Source: an uncultured virus (IMG/VR IMGVR_UViG_3300020469_000030) (Duplodnaviria > Heunggongvirae > Uroviricota > Caudoviricetes). Taken from it: a stretch of 64,000 nucleotides of DNA. The notes below the pieces were generated by a model that saw only the letters and a program-made list of their open reading frames with translations, did not search any database and was not told where the DNA came from. Shown one piece after another: positions 10,341 to 19,283 of the stretch (positions within the stretch are counted from its first letter, which is position 1; each line of letters starts with the position of its first letter). The position numbers and the translations under genes were made by a program. The stretch lies in IMG/VR virus record IMGVR_UViG_3300020469_000030. One strand, given 5' to 3'.

Positions 10341-12728
10341 TTAACTCACTGTAATATAATCTACTAAAGCAGCCAACCCTAATTTATAACTCTTGTAAGC
10401 TACACCGTTCCAAGTTGCTGTACCACTAAGAACTCCTGATGATAAATATTGATTAGATGTATTAGTACCAAATTTTACTGATGATAAATTACCATACACA
10501 CTAGGCCATGATATATACGAATAATAAGATGGGTGACCACCATTAGAATAATTAGAAGCGTTAAATACGTTACTTTTATCATATCCATAATTACCGGCAT
10601 TTACATGTAAAGCGGTGTTAGCAGATGTATAATTTGTTGTAGTAACAGCAAAAAATGCAGGTAATTTCCAATAGAAAGCTTTACTTGTACTGCTTGTCGT
10701 TCCATTTGTTTTAGTAAAATGTATAGTAACGTAACCTCTATGTTTACTTGAACCAGTACCAGTGAAACCTGAAGTAGCTAGTTTAAATGTTTTCTGAGTA
10801 AAAGTATATGGTGATGAGTTATCATTTGGTACTGATACAGATGTATTTGGTGTTTCGTTAGATACTGATATACTAGTCACAAAAGGTAAACTACCACCTG
10901 CTCCTGTACTTCTACTCCATGTAACTTCGTCCATCGTCATAGTACTCGGATAATTACGAGAAGTACCAACACTACTACCATTATTCTTAACATTTAACCC
11001 TGATATAGTTCCTACAGCAGGTGCTGGTGGAACATATAATATTCGTTTCAATACTGATGCAACACTTTCATTTGTTGCTATAGTTTGACCGGAAGATAAT
11101 CCTCCTACGCTTTGATTTGCCGTAAACGATGCAGTAAATACGGATTCACCGCCACCTTCAGTACCATTTGTACCAGGTGCACCTTGTGGTAATGTAAAAT
11201 TAAGTACTGCAACAGCAGGATCTGTTCCTACATTTTCAACTGTCGGTGTTGTATTATATGGTGCTGTACTTACATCTCCTATTGTTATTTCCGGTGTTGC
11301 ACCTGGCGGTCCTACAATACTTGCTCCATCTGCTCCATCTGAACCAGTTATAGGATCGGTATTGTAACTTGTACCACCTGCACCGCCAACTTGAATAGTA
11401 AGTCTACCTGACGTGTTGTTATATGATATATCGGTAATACCTTCTCCATCTACACCATGGTTACCATCTATCCCATTAGAACCAGAAGGTCCTTGAGAAC
11501 CACTAGGACCTCTAACGGGTCCAACATTAAGCCATCCCGATGTTTCATTGTAAACAATACCATCTCCAGCATCAGATGCTAAAGAGCCTTGAGTATCTGT
11601 ATTACTTGCTATATACATATCACCGGCTTCAGGACCGTTAACATTGACAATTTCTAATAATGTGAGAGTATCAACAACATTTACACCTGTTCCTTGAGGT
11701 CCTTCTGGCCCTTCATCTCCTTGATCTCCTTTATCTCCTTTTGAACCAGAAGGTCCTGTTAAGGTGGTTACTGCATCGGTTAAAGCAACAATCACATTAT
11801 CTGATAGTGTGAAGTTTATATCATTACCATTAAACGAAGATTCAGAAACAAAAGCTCCTGTTGAGCCGGAAGCTCCTGTAGAACCAGTTGGACCAGTTTC
11901 ACCTTGAATACCTTGAGGTCCACGTAAACTTTCGGTAGCAGCTGTGATTTGAGCTGTAGTACCATCTGTTAATGTAAATACTAGATTGCCGCCTTGAAAC
12001 GCAGCATTAGTTACTTGAGAACCTGATGGTCCTGCTTCACCTTGGATACCTTGAGATCCGGATTCACCTGGTATTCCTTGAATACCTTGTTCTCCATCTA
12101 TTCCATCAATACCTGCAGAACCGGATTCACCTTGTAAAGTCAATATCGGTCCTACTGTTGGAAGGTCAATACCATTACTTAGTGAAAAAGTTAGCAAATT
12201 ATTATTTAATTGAACACCGTCAACATGAACACCATCGTCTCCTGCAGGTCCTTGAGGTCCTTGGATTGGACCTGTATTAGTAAAATTTGTACCAATGGTA
12301 CCAGTAAAAACAATACCGTCACCTTTAGACCCAGATATACCATTACTAGCATCACCTGCAGCTGTTAGAATATATAGACTGCCAGTAGTAATTTCAGTTA
12401 TTGGAATCTGAGATAAATTTGTAGGTGTTATTGTATCAGTAAAAGTAAAGCTTGCACCTGTAGCACCTGTAAAACCTCTCGGACCTTGAGGACCGATTGA
12501 ACCAGATTCACCTCTAGGTCCTATAGAACCTTGTCTTCCGAAGTGAGTTACCTCAACAACATCTGTTACCTTCTGTTGTATAACAGCAGTGTTATCTACA
12601 GAGCTACCAACAAACACATTTGAAGTATTATCAATAACGGTTACAGCAGGTGTTGCTGCATTATTATCAATAATCTCAACTGTATTTGAGTTTATTATAA
12701 CTTCAACTTTATTTGCTAAATCTGACAT
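10341..12728 (-). CDS. Collagen-like fibre protein, 795 aa
   Basis: G-X-Y runs; shares interrupting modules (FxGxDIxFTLSD..., ...NVGPVRGP) with 5832..10331. Confidence 0.75.
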   Translation of the reverse strand: MSDLANKVEVIINSNTVEIIDNNAATPAVTVIDNTSNVFVGSSVDNTAVIQQKVTDVVEVTHFGRQGSIGPRGESGSIGPQGPRGFTGATGASFTFTDTITPTNLSQIPITEITTGSLYILTAAGDASNGISGSKGDGIVFTGTIGTNFTNTGPIQGPQGPAGDDGVHVDGVQLNNNLLTFSLSNGIDLPTVGPILTLQGESGSAGIDGIDGEQGIQGIPGESGSQGIQGEAGPSGSQVTNAAFQGGNLVFTLTDGTTAQITAATESLRGPQGIQGETGPTGSTGASGSTGAFVSESSFNGNDINFTLSDNVIVALTDAVTTLTGPSGSKGDKGDQGDEGPEGPQGTGVNVVDTLTLLEIVNVNGPEAGDMYIASNTDTQGSLASDAGDGIVYNETSGWLNVGPVRGPSGSQGPSGSNGIDGNHGVDGEGITDISYNNTSGRLTIQVGGAGGTSYNTDPITGSDGADGASIVGPPGATPEITIGDVSTAPYNTTPTVENVGTDPAVAVLNFTLPQGAPGTNGTEGGGESVFTASFTANQSVGGLSSGQTIATNESVASVLKRILYVPPAPAVGTISGLNVKNNGSSVGTSRNYPSTMTMDEVTWSRSTGAGGSLPFVTSISVSNETPNTSVSVPNDNSSPYTFTQKTFKLATSGFTGTGSSKHRGYVTIHFTKTNGTTSSTSKAFYWKLPAFFAVTTTNYTSANTALHVNAGNYGYDKSNVFNASNYSNGGHPSYYSYISWPSVYGNLSSVKFGTNTSNQYLSSGVLSGTATWNGVAYKSYKLGLAALVDYITVS

Positions 12729-12729
12729 A

Positions 12730-13146
12730 CTACGTTGTTACTTCTTTAATTAATCCTATACCACCAGTTAATACTTTTGTTACAAGCTCTACATTTTGAC
12801 CTGCAGCTGAATTAAACGATGATGAATATATTTCTAAATCGTAAAGTGCAGTAGTGAAATCAAAAGCAGAAGATGTTGCAGCAGAAATATATAATCTTAA
12901 ACTCCCTGATTCCTTAGGTAAAGTGTTACCAAAAGCATCTGGCGGATTTAGGTCGATGCCTGAACCATCAGCTTGTACACTACTCGATAGAGTTGCATAT
13001 GTAATCTTTCTATCCTGTGATTTAATCATCATACGTGCTTCGTATCCATGAAGATTAATAGGAGAATTTTCAGAATCTTTATAGTTGATAGTAAAATCAA
13101 CTGTAGAGCCTTGTTCAATTTTAAAATTATATCTGCCCGCTGCCAT
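12730..13146 (-). CDS. Small beta-sandwich virion protein, probable fibre adaptor
   Basis: MAAGRYNFKIEQGST...INLHGYEARMMIK...ALYDLEI...KVLTG resembles the small phage proteins that commonly precede fibre genes; TAATG overlap with PhoH. Confidence 0.55.
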   Translation of the reverse strand: MAAGRYNFKIEQGSTVDFTINYKDSENSPINLHGYEARMMIKSQDRKITYATLSSSVQADGSGIDLNPPDAFGNTLPKESGSLRLYISAATSSAFDFTTALYDLEIYSSSFNSAAGQNVELVTKVLTGGIGLIKEVTT

Positions 13147-13829
13147 TATAAACCTTTTCTGTATTTATACTTTTTATATACACCTAATATTTCTTCTAAT
13201 ATAGGATGCCTGTGATTGTTTAATAATTCAATGGTATGTAAGTCAGGTACACTAATAACTGATTGTAAAAATTTAAATCCAGTATCAGATTCACTCTTTA
13301 AATCGATTTGATCTGTATCACCGCAGAACATCATTCTACTGTTTATACCTATACGCTGTAAAATCATTAGGGTTTGTTCATGATCTAAGTTTTGACACTC
13401 ATCAACAATTACACAACTATCTAAAAATGTTCTACCTCTCATATAAGAAACCGGCACTATTTCAATTATACCATTCTTGATTAAGGTCTCAACTCTCTCT
13501 TTACGTAACAGTTGAAACATGTTAGCATATATAGGAGCCACCCACGGAGCCATCTTATCTTCTAAACCACCAGGTAGAAACCCTAAGTCCTCTTTAGAAA
13601 TAGTTGGTCTCGTTATAATTATCTTTTTCTTTCGTTTCTCTAACACTTCTTGAAGTGCTATTTGACACGCTAGCAGTGTTTTACCTGAACCTGCTTTACC
13701 TTTAATGATTGACACTGTTTTTTCTAGTATTTGAGCTTTTGCTTCTTTCTGTTCTTCATTCAACGATAGCAAAAATCTATACCCTTTTTTGTTATTCTTA
13801 GGGGTATTTTTATTAAATTGTAGACTCAT
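13146..13829 (-). CDS. phoH: PhoH-family ATPase
   Basis: Walker A GKAGSGKT, ITRP, LGFLPG, YMRGRTF, IVDECQN, CGDTDQIDL, NHRHP. Start moved to ATG 13829 because GGAGG lies just upstream of it. Confidence 0.93.
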   Translation of the reverse strand: MSLQFNKNTPKNNKKGYRFLLSLNEEQKEAKAQILEKTVSIIKGKAGSGKTLLACQIALQEVLEKRKKKIIITRPTISKEDLGFLPGGLEDKMAPWVAPIYANMFQLLRKERVETLIKNGIIEIVPVSYMRGRTFLDSCVIVDECQNLDHEQTLMILQRIGINSRMMFCGDTDQIDLKSESDTGFKFLQSVISVPDLHTIELLNNHRHPILEEILGVYKKYKYRKGL

Positions 13830-13845
13830 ACTGCCCTCCATATGT

Positions 13846-13855
13846 TATAAATATC
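13846..13855 (-). promoter_or_regulatory. Recurring promoter-like motif GATATTTATA upstream of phoH
   Basis: Same core recurs in most intergenic gaps; here it lies between the capsid terminator and the phoH SD. Confidence 0.6.
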
Positions 13856-13877
13856 AAAGTAGAAACTTTTTATAAAC

Positions 13878-13908
13878 AAAAAAAGTCCTGATTTCTCAGG
13901 ACTCTTTT
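13878..13908 (-). terminator. Rho-independent terminator after the major capsid gene
   Basis: Minus strand reads AGTCCTGA-GAAA-TCAGGACT followed by a T run. Confidence 0.9.
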
Positions 13909-13927
13909 ATATTAGTAAGTATTACTA

Positions 13928-15439
13928 TTATGAAATAGTAACAGCAACTTTACCATAGAATTCAGGACGAACAACTTTCTTCGCGTAGCGAGTCATTACA
14001 CCTTTTCTAGGAGTGAAGTTAGTTGGGTCATAAACCAGTGGAGTCATAATTAATGGAATGTAAGGAGCGTAAACTGCACCACATTCTAAGAATTGATTAC
14101 CACGGAAGCCCATTAAGATACCTTGCTCTTTAGTTCTATAAGGGTTCTTATAGATAGTGTATCTATTTGAGAAAGAACCTACTTTAGTAACACCAGCAGC
14201 AAATTGGTTTTTAGTACCATCAGTATCAGCAGCAAATCCTGGAATTGATTCGATGATCGAAGCAATATCTGGAGAAACAACTGCGAAGTTAGCACCACCA
14301 CGCATAGTAGCTTTGTGAATTTCATTAGATACCTTTTGCATTTCGTATCCTAATGTTTGAGTCCAAGAACCGAAGTCATATCTTGCAGAACCGTTTTCCG
14401 ATACAACAGGAGCATATCCATCATTTGCAGATGGTAAAGTAAATGAACCGTTACGAGTAAATCCATCAGCAACTCTATCTAACATAGCAAGAATTTCAAG
14501 ATCAATTTCCATAGCTACATACTCAGATAACATTGAAGTTAATTCAGCTTCAGCGTCAATTGAGTGGTAAGCATTTAAATCTTGAGCGAATTCAGGCGAC
14601 CAAACAACTTTTAACTTACGAGTCTTAGCAACAAGAGCCTCTTGTCTTAACTCAACGTTCATTTCTGGTATACCTATATCGTTAGTAGAACCTTTATCAG
14701 GATTACCACCGTAAGAATCTTCAAAGTCACCACGTTGATCTGCATCCTCAGTATTCTTGAAGTAATGAACAGTAAGGTCATCAGTAGCTACAATAGCTTT
14801 ACTAGCTCTAAAGTCGATATTAGTACCATCAAGTGTAGTTAAATCTGATACAATTACAGAAGCAGAAGTTACATAAAATCCACCAATCAAGTCTTTGTCA
14901 TAGTCAACAAGATCTGTTAAAGGAATTACAATATCAGCATCATCATTAACAGCACCAAAGTTTTCTTTATATTTAGTAGCAGGTGCTAATGTATAGTGAG
15001 ACTTGTTAGGTCCGTATAAACCACCTGTTGCACCAGCAGAAGCAGATGTATTACCCATTACATCAGAGTTTTGAGTAAATTCGTTACCTTTACCAGTACC
15101 GTATTTAAAGTCTAGCCAAAAGACAAGACCGGATGGTAAATTCATCGGTTGAACAGAAACGAATTCCTTCGCAAAAATCTCACCGAAAATTCTACGTACT
15201 AAAGGTAAAGCAACTCCATTCCATTCTTCTGATCCTGCTCCCCCGATTTTCGAGTTCTCAGTCATAAGTTGGCGAGCTTGGTTTTCTAAAAGGATTGCAG
15301 TATTATGTTTATCATAATCTTGAGCAATTCCTTCTAAAAGACCTGTCTTTTCCCATTTAGAAACGTATTGCTTAGTCTCTGCCAATTGTTGGCGATAAGT
15401 AGACTGAGCATCGTTTAATAATTCAGAAATATTTGACAT
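13928..15439 (-). CDS. Major capsid protein (T4 gp23-like)
   Basis: KWEKTGLLEG, AILLENQA, LPLVRR, VSVQPMNLPSGLVF, AKTRKLK..WSPE.AQDL.AYH.IDAEAEL, YAPYIPL, FTPRKGVMTRYA; GGAG SD. Confidence 0.95.
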   Translation of the reverse strand: MSNISELLNDAQSTYRQQLAETKQYVSKWEKTGLLEGIAQDYDKHNTAILLENQARQLMTENSKIGGAGSEEWNGVALPLVRRIFGEIFAKEFVSVQPMNLPSGLVFWLDFKYGTGKGNEFTQNSDVMGNTSASAGATGGLYGPNKSHYTLAPATKYKENFGAVNDDADIVIPLTDLVDYDKDLIGGFYVTSASVIVSDLTTLDGTNIDFRASKAIVATDDLTVHYFKNTEDADQRGDFEDSYGGNPDKGSTNDIGIPEMNVELRQEALVAKTRKLKVVWSPEFAQDLNAYHSIDAEAELTSMLSEYVAMEIDLEILAMLDRVADGFTRNGSFTLPSANDGYAPVVSENGSARYDFGSWTQTLGYEMQKVSNEIHKATMRGGANFAVVSPDIASIIESIPGFAADTDGTKNQFAAGVTKVGSFSNRYTIYKNPYRTKEQGILMGFRGNQFLECGAVYAPYIPLIMTPLVYDPTNFTPRKGVMTRYAKKVVRPEFYGKVAVTIS

Positions 15440-15467
15440 TATATAGTCTCCAATATTTAATTTAAAT

Positions 15468-16388
15468 TTATATTAGTCCAGCTAATCGCTTCATGCGGTC
15501 AGCTAAATCGTTAGATTCAACAATTACTTCTTTAGAAGGTTTTGTTGATTTTACTGTTTTAGAAGCAAGTCCTTCAGCAATTTTTGCTTTAGCCTTCTTA
15601 TTACCAAATGATTCAGTTAATGTAGAATAAACTAATTTAACTTCTCTTAAGTTAGCAGCACGATCAAAAGTTTCAATAACTTTAATTTTTTGCGCTTCAC
15701 TTAAGTCGTTAGATTTGAACAATTTGTTAGAGAAGAGTAATTTTGCATTAAGCAAGTTTACTTCTTGAAGAGTTGATTGTAATGATTTAATGGTAGCATA
15801 AGCTTCTTTTAATTCTTCACTATCATCTTCATCTTCTTCTTCATCTTCATGTTCAGCTTCTTCTAATGATTTGATAATCTCATCAAGATTAATATCACCA
15901 TCTTCTGAAAGCTCTTCTGTTGATTCATTCGTTAATTCATCATTTGATTCTTTAGTTGAAACTGAATCAGATGTTGCAGCTTCCATAGCCATTTCGTCTT
16001 CATCTTCAGCAGGAACTTCTTCGTCCTCACCTTCTAATTCACGAATAATAGCTTCAAGCTCTAAATCTTCATCTTCTTCGCCTGGCATTTCCTCACCTTC
16101 CATGTCTTCAGCATAATGACCTTCATCATAGCTTCCTTCATGGTGTGCTTCTGCTTCTACTTCGTCTTCTTCATGGCCCATTTCAGCAACATCGTCGCCC
16201 ATGTCCATATCCATATCATCTACCTCTTCTTCTTCGTCTTCATACATATCTTCAGAAATTTTAGTTGACAACATAGATTGTAATTTCGGAGTAAAAGCTT
16301 CTTCAAGTGCAAGTTTAGCATTTGCAATAGCAGTTTCACGAACAGCTTTAGCATCAGCGATTGCTTCTTTTAATAAGTCTTTTGACAT
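15468..16388 (-). CDS. Prohead core/scaffolding protein
   Basis: Directly upstream of the capsid gene; very acidic low-complexity middle; MSKDLLKEAIADAKAVRETAIANAKLALEEAF start, EVNLLNAKLLF, RMKRLAGL end. Confidence 0.8.
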   Translation of the reverse strand: MSKDLLKEAIADAKAVRETAIANAKLALEEAFTPKLQSMLSTKISEDMYEDEEEEVDDMDMDMGDDVAEMGHEEDEVEAEAHHEGSYDEGHYAEDMEGEEMPGEEDEDLELEAIIRELEGEDEEVPAEDEDEMAMEAATSDSVSTKESNDELTNESTEELSEDGDINLDEIIKSLEEAEHEDEEEDEDDSEELKEAYATIKSLQSTLQEVNLLNAKLLFSNKLFKSNDLSEAQKIKVIETFDRAANLREVKLVYSTLTESFGNKKAKAKIAEGLASKTVKSTKPSKEVIVESNDLADRMKRLAGLI

Positions 16389-16417
16389 TATAGTCTCCCG
16401 TATATTTTAATTGGAAA

Positions 16418-16484
16418 TAAGGTTATTAGGAACCTTAATAGAAATTTATATTGTAGCTACACTATATAGAGATGTGATAGTGTA
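16418..16484 (-). promoter_or_regulatory. Two hairpins in the ~100-nt 5' leader of the scaffold-capsid operon
   Basis: Perfect inverted repeats taaggtt(16418-16424)/aacctta(16431-16437) and tacactat(16458-16465)/atagtgta(16477-16484). Confidence 0.55.
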
Positions 16485-16495
16485 TTTTGTACACA

Positions 16496-16505
16496 TATAA
16501 ATATA
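16496..16505 (-). promoter_or_regulatory. Promoter-like motif TATATTTATA upstream of the scaffold-capsid operon
   Basis: Recurring motif, located just downstream of the bS21 terminator. Confidence 0.6.
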
Positions 16506-16525
16506 TGAATATATACTAAACATAT

Positions 16526-16563
16526 AAAAAAACCGGAAAAGTTTTTAATTTTTCCGGCTTTTT
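16526..16563 (-). terminator. Rho-independent terminator after bS21
   Basis: Minus strand reads CCGGAAAA...TTTTCCGG followed by T7; an A-run on the other side suggests it could be bidirectional. Confidence 0.8.
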
Positions 16564-16580
16564 CTAATTTTATTTGATAT

Positions 16581-16895
16581 CTACACTGGTTTTCCATCTA
16601 CCATAGTTAACCATGTTCTATCTCCCCACATCTTCACCTCCTTCTTGTGCTGAAGTGCTTGACGTCGCTTTGCATCATTCATTTGCTTGCGACGAGCAGT
16701 TGTAGGTTTAGTGTATTCTCTACGAGACTTACACTCTTGTAACTTTCCAGATTCTTTAACCTGACGCTTGAAAACTCTTAAAGCTTTCTCAAAAGCGAAT
16801 TCAGACGAATCGGGTACTTTAACTCCTAATGAGTTACCAGGATTAATGAAATCTCTTGCTGAGAATCGTTTGCCTGTTCTGCGTCTTTTTTGCAT
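16581..16895 (-). CDS. rpsU: Phage-encoded 30S ribosomal protein bS21 with N- and C-terminal extensions
   Basis: GVKV...FEKALRVFKRQVKESGKLQECKSRREYTKPTTARRKQ matches the bS21 pattern (V..., E.ALR.FKR...G.L.E...R..Y.KP...R). Confidence 0.9.
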   Translation of the reverse strand: MQKRRRTGKRFSARDFINPGNSLGVKVPDSSEFAFEKALRVFKRQVKESGKLQECKSRREYTKPTTARRKQMNDAKRRQALQHKKEVKMWGDRTWLTMVDGKPV

Positions 16896-16950
16896 AATTG
16901 TAATTTAGTTATTAATACCTTAATATAAGAAAAAGATTTCTAACTACCAA

Positions 16951-17859
16951 CTAGAAGTTAGAATAATCTCCTTTAGCTAATTTAGCCGCTTTTTTCTTTA
17001 TTTCAAGTGCATAACTAGCTGCAGATTCCTGTCTGTAGCTTCCATACCCACTCTCTTTCTCTCTTTCTGACTCTTTTGAATCACGAACATATCGAGCATA
17101 GGATTCTAGCAGTTGACGGATTTGAGCTCCAGCTTGACTAACATCGTAACCAGTATCACCCATTTTTAAATTAGCATATTGATCTAAATCTTGAGCTTTA
17201 ATTGCGGCTTCTATATCAGCGTTAACTTTCTTAAGAGTTTTTCCGACTAATTCATCGATCTTACCTTTGTTGTTAGCATTGGCTTGTAATATTTTTTTAT
17301 AGCGAGCTAAATTATCTTTTTTAACCTTACTAGCATCTTTCAATGCTAAAGCACCTTGCTTTTGACTTGCACGATCTGCCACTTTATCTTTAACATCACC
17401 TGCTGTTCTCTCGTATTCAACTTGATAAGTTACGTGAGGCATTTCAGACATTCCAGCAACACTACGTGCACCTTTCATATCCATACCAGCTTTTTGGCCA
17501 CCGGTTCTTGATGGTCTACCTAAACCATTAGTAGTTATATAAGCAACTTTACCACCGTACATCATACCGATCAATTGACCTTTTTTGATACTGTTCTTCC
17601 ATCCCCATCGACCTGATTCTTTAAAATCAAAATCTTGAGATGCAATGATAAGGTATAAACCTTTTTTACCATAAAGCTGTTTAGGTGATTTATTTACTTT
17701 CGTAATATCTGAATCTTGTATTTTATTTAAGTCGATACCTTGTTTAGGTAACGCTTTCATCATAGATTTAACTTCCCATCCTGAGAAGTTAGAGAATATT
17801 CTTTTAAGGACAGAAGACCCAAATTTTTCGTTAAGTGGTAAAAGTGTTGTTAGTTTCAT
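16951..17859 (-). CDS. Hypothetical protein, probable internal head protein
   Basis: 302-aa basic ORF in the head cluster; starts MKLTTLLPLNE (LxE-type leader). Confidence 0.55.
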   Translation of the reverse strand: MKLTTLLPLNEKFGSSVLKRIFSNFSGWEVKSMMKALPKQGIDLNKIQDSDITKVNKSPKQLYGKKGLYLIIASQDFDFKESGRWGWKNSIKKGQLIGMMYGGKVAYITTNGLGRPSRTGGQKAGMDMKGARSVAGMSEMPHVTYQVEYERTAGDVKDKVADRASQKQGALALKDASKVKKDNLARYKKILQANANNKGKIDELVGKTLKKVNADIEAAIKAQDLDQYANLKMGDTGYDVSQAGAQIRQLLESYARYVRDSKESEREKESGYGSYRQESAASYALEIKKKAAKLAKGDYSNF

Positions 17860-18650
17860 TATCGTCTCCGTGCTTGTTTTCTATATTGCTTATATAATCT
17901 CAATTCTACTTCTAAGGCACTTACTATATCATCAATTAAATCATACCCACCGCCTTGATACGCTGCTTCAAACCATTGTCTTAAATCCTTTTGCATATCT
18001 TTAGATGACCCCCATTTCTGAGCGATATTAGATTTTAATTTCATAGTTGAGTAATCTTCTTGCATTATGGTTTCTAACTTCATAGCTTTTTTGATAGCAG
18101 CATCTTTAGAATCCATATACTCATCTTCATCCGGCTCATCAACACCATCGCCATCCATATCACCTTTATCTTTCTCGTTCATGGCTTTCTTTATAGCTTT
18201 GTCTTTAGCATCCATGTATTCATCTTCATCTGGTTCATCAACGCCGTCACCATCCATATCACCTTTATCAACTACATCTTGAATATCATAATACTTACCA
18301 AGTTTATGACCCATGTCTTCATATACAGATTCTAAACGTTGTTGCATTTGTGACATTTCATGAGCTGTTTTTTCGAATAATTTTACAGAGTTAGCAACTT
18401 CTTTCATATCACGCTTAACTGTTACACTATCAAACCAATCATCAGTTTCTTGTAATGCAAGATTTGCAGCACCTGCTGTCATTTCTTTGATAGCGCGAAC
18501 CATTTCTTTTATTTCATCGGTTTTATAAACTCTTGAGCCGAAATCATTAAATTTAGCAACGGAATCCATAATTCCAGATTTCTCTTCACGCGTCAGCTGA
18601 CGCATCATCTGCTCTTTTTTACTTTCAAGTAAAATGTTTTTTAATTTCAT
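17859..18650 (-). CDS. Hypothetical head-associated protein with duplicated DxDGDG acidic repeat
   Basis: Start moved to MKLKNILLE (ATG 18650, GGAG upstream); contains DKGDMDGDGVDEPDEDEYMDxKDxAIKKAM twice. Confidence 0.6.
   Translation of the reverse strand: MKLKNILLESKKEQMMRQLTREEKSGIMDSVAKFNDFGSRVYKTDEIKEMVRAIKEMTAGAANLALQETDDWFDSVTVKRDMKEVANSVKLFEKTAHEMSQMQQRLESVYEDMGHKLGKYYDIQDVVDKGDMDGDGVDEPDEDEYMDAKDKAIKKAMNEKDKGDMDGDGVDEPDEDEYMDSKDAAIKKAMKLETIMQEDYSTMKLKSNIAQKWGSSKDMQKDLRQWFEAAYQGGGYDLIDDIVSALEVELRLYKQYRKQARRR
18081..18269. repeat. Two-copy direct repeat (90-bp copies, 99-bp period) encoding DKGDMDGDGVDEPDEDEYMDxKDxAIKKAM
   Basis: Copies at about 18081-18170 and 18180-18269, mostly synonymous differences. 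Confidence 0.9.
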
Positions 18651-18652
18651 AA

Positions 18653-19282
18653 TTACTTCTCTCCTGGTAATGCACATTTACATGTTAAATCGCATAACAT
18701 TTCATTTATTATACCATTCACTTTATTATATTTATTTTGTTTTGATTTATCAATAGATTCATTAATACCTGTAGGTCTCATAAATGCACCGTGTGTAGAC
18801 GGATTAGATACAAAGTCCCAGCAAACTAACTCAAAGTCATCTTGCACTTCCACAGTACCTTCTGCCATCTGCTTTACTGAACCCATGCCGCGTGAACTAA
18901 TACCGAGTGTTATATTCATAGCTAATAGTTCTTTTAATATATTACCTGCAGGTGTTGGTAGCACTTCTACCTTGCCTATCAAATCATCACCTTTCCACCA
19001 CACATCAAGTATATTATGTGAAACATTTGATAAATTAACTACAGATGATTCAGGGTGATCTAATTCACCTAATGCTCTTCGTTGTGCTATCTCTGTTTCT
19101 TTATATTTATTAACTTCACGCTCTAATATCTCTCTTGGGTACACCCGCTCGTTTTGATTAGGTGCACCAGCACGTTGAAGCACTCCTGTTACTATTACAC
19201 GTCCATTATTTGCAGCTTGTGATTCTGCGATCATAGCTGGTGAAACGTGAAATGGTGTATAATCAACTAATAGATTTTTCAT
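18653..19282 (-). CDS. Prohead core protease (T4 gp21-like)
   Basis: NQNERVYP, ALGELDHP, NVSH, TPAGNIL, GISSRGMGS, WDFVSNPSTHGAF. Start moved to MKNLLVDY (ATG 19282, GGGAG upstream). Confidence 0.93.
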   Translation of the reverse strand: MKNLLVDYTPFHVSPAMIAESQAANNGRVIVTGVLQRAGAPNQNERVYPREILEREVNKYKETEIAQRRALGELDHPESSVVNLSNVSHNILDVWWKGDDLIGKVEVLPTPAGNILKELLAMNITLGISSRGMGSVKQMAEGTVEVQDDFELVCWDFVSNPSTHGAFMRPTGINESIDKSKQNKYNKVNGIINEMLCDLTCKCALPGEK

Positions 19283-19283
19283 C

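Noticed and set aside
13146..13829. PhoH as a novel auxiliary gene
   Set aside because: PhoH is common in aquatic phages; only its position after the capsid gene is mildly notable.
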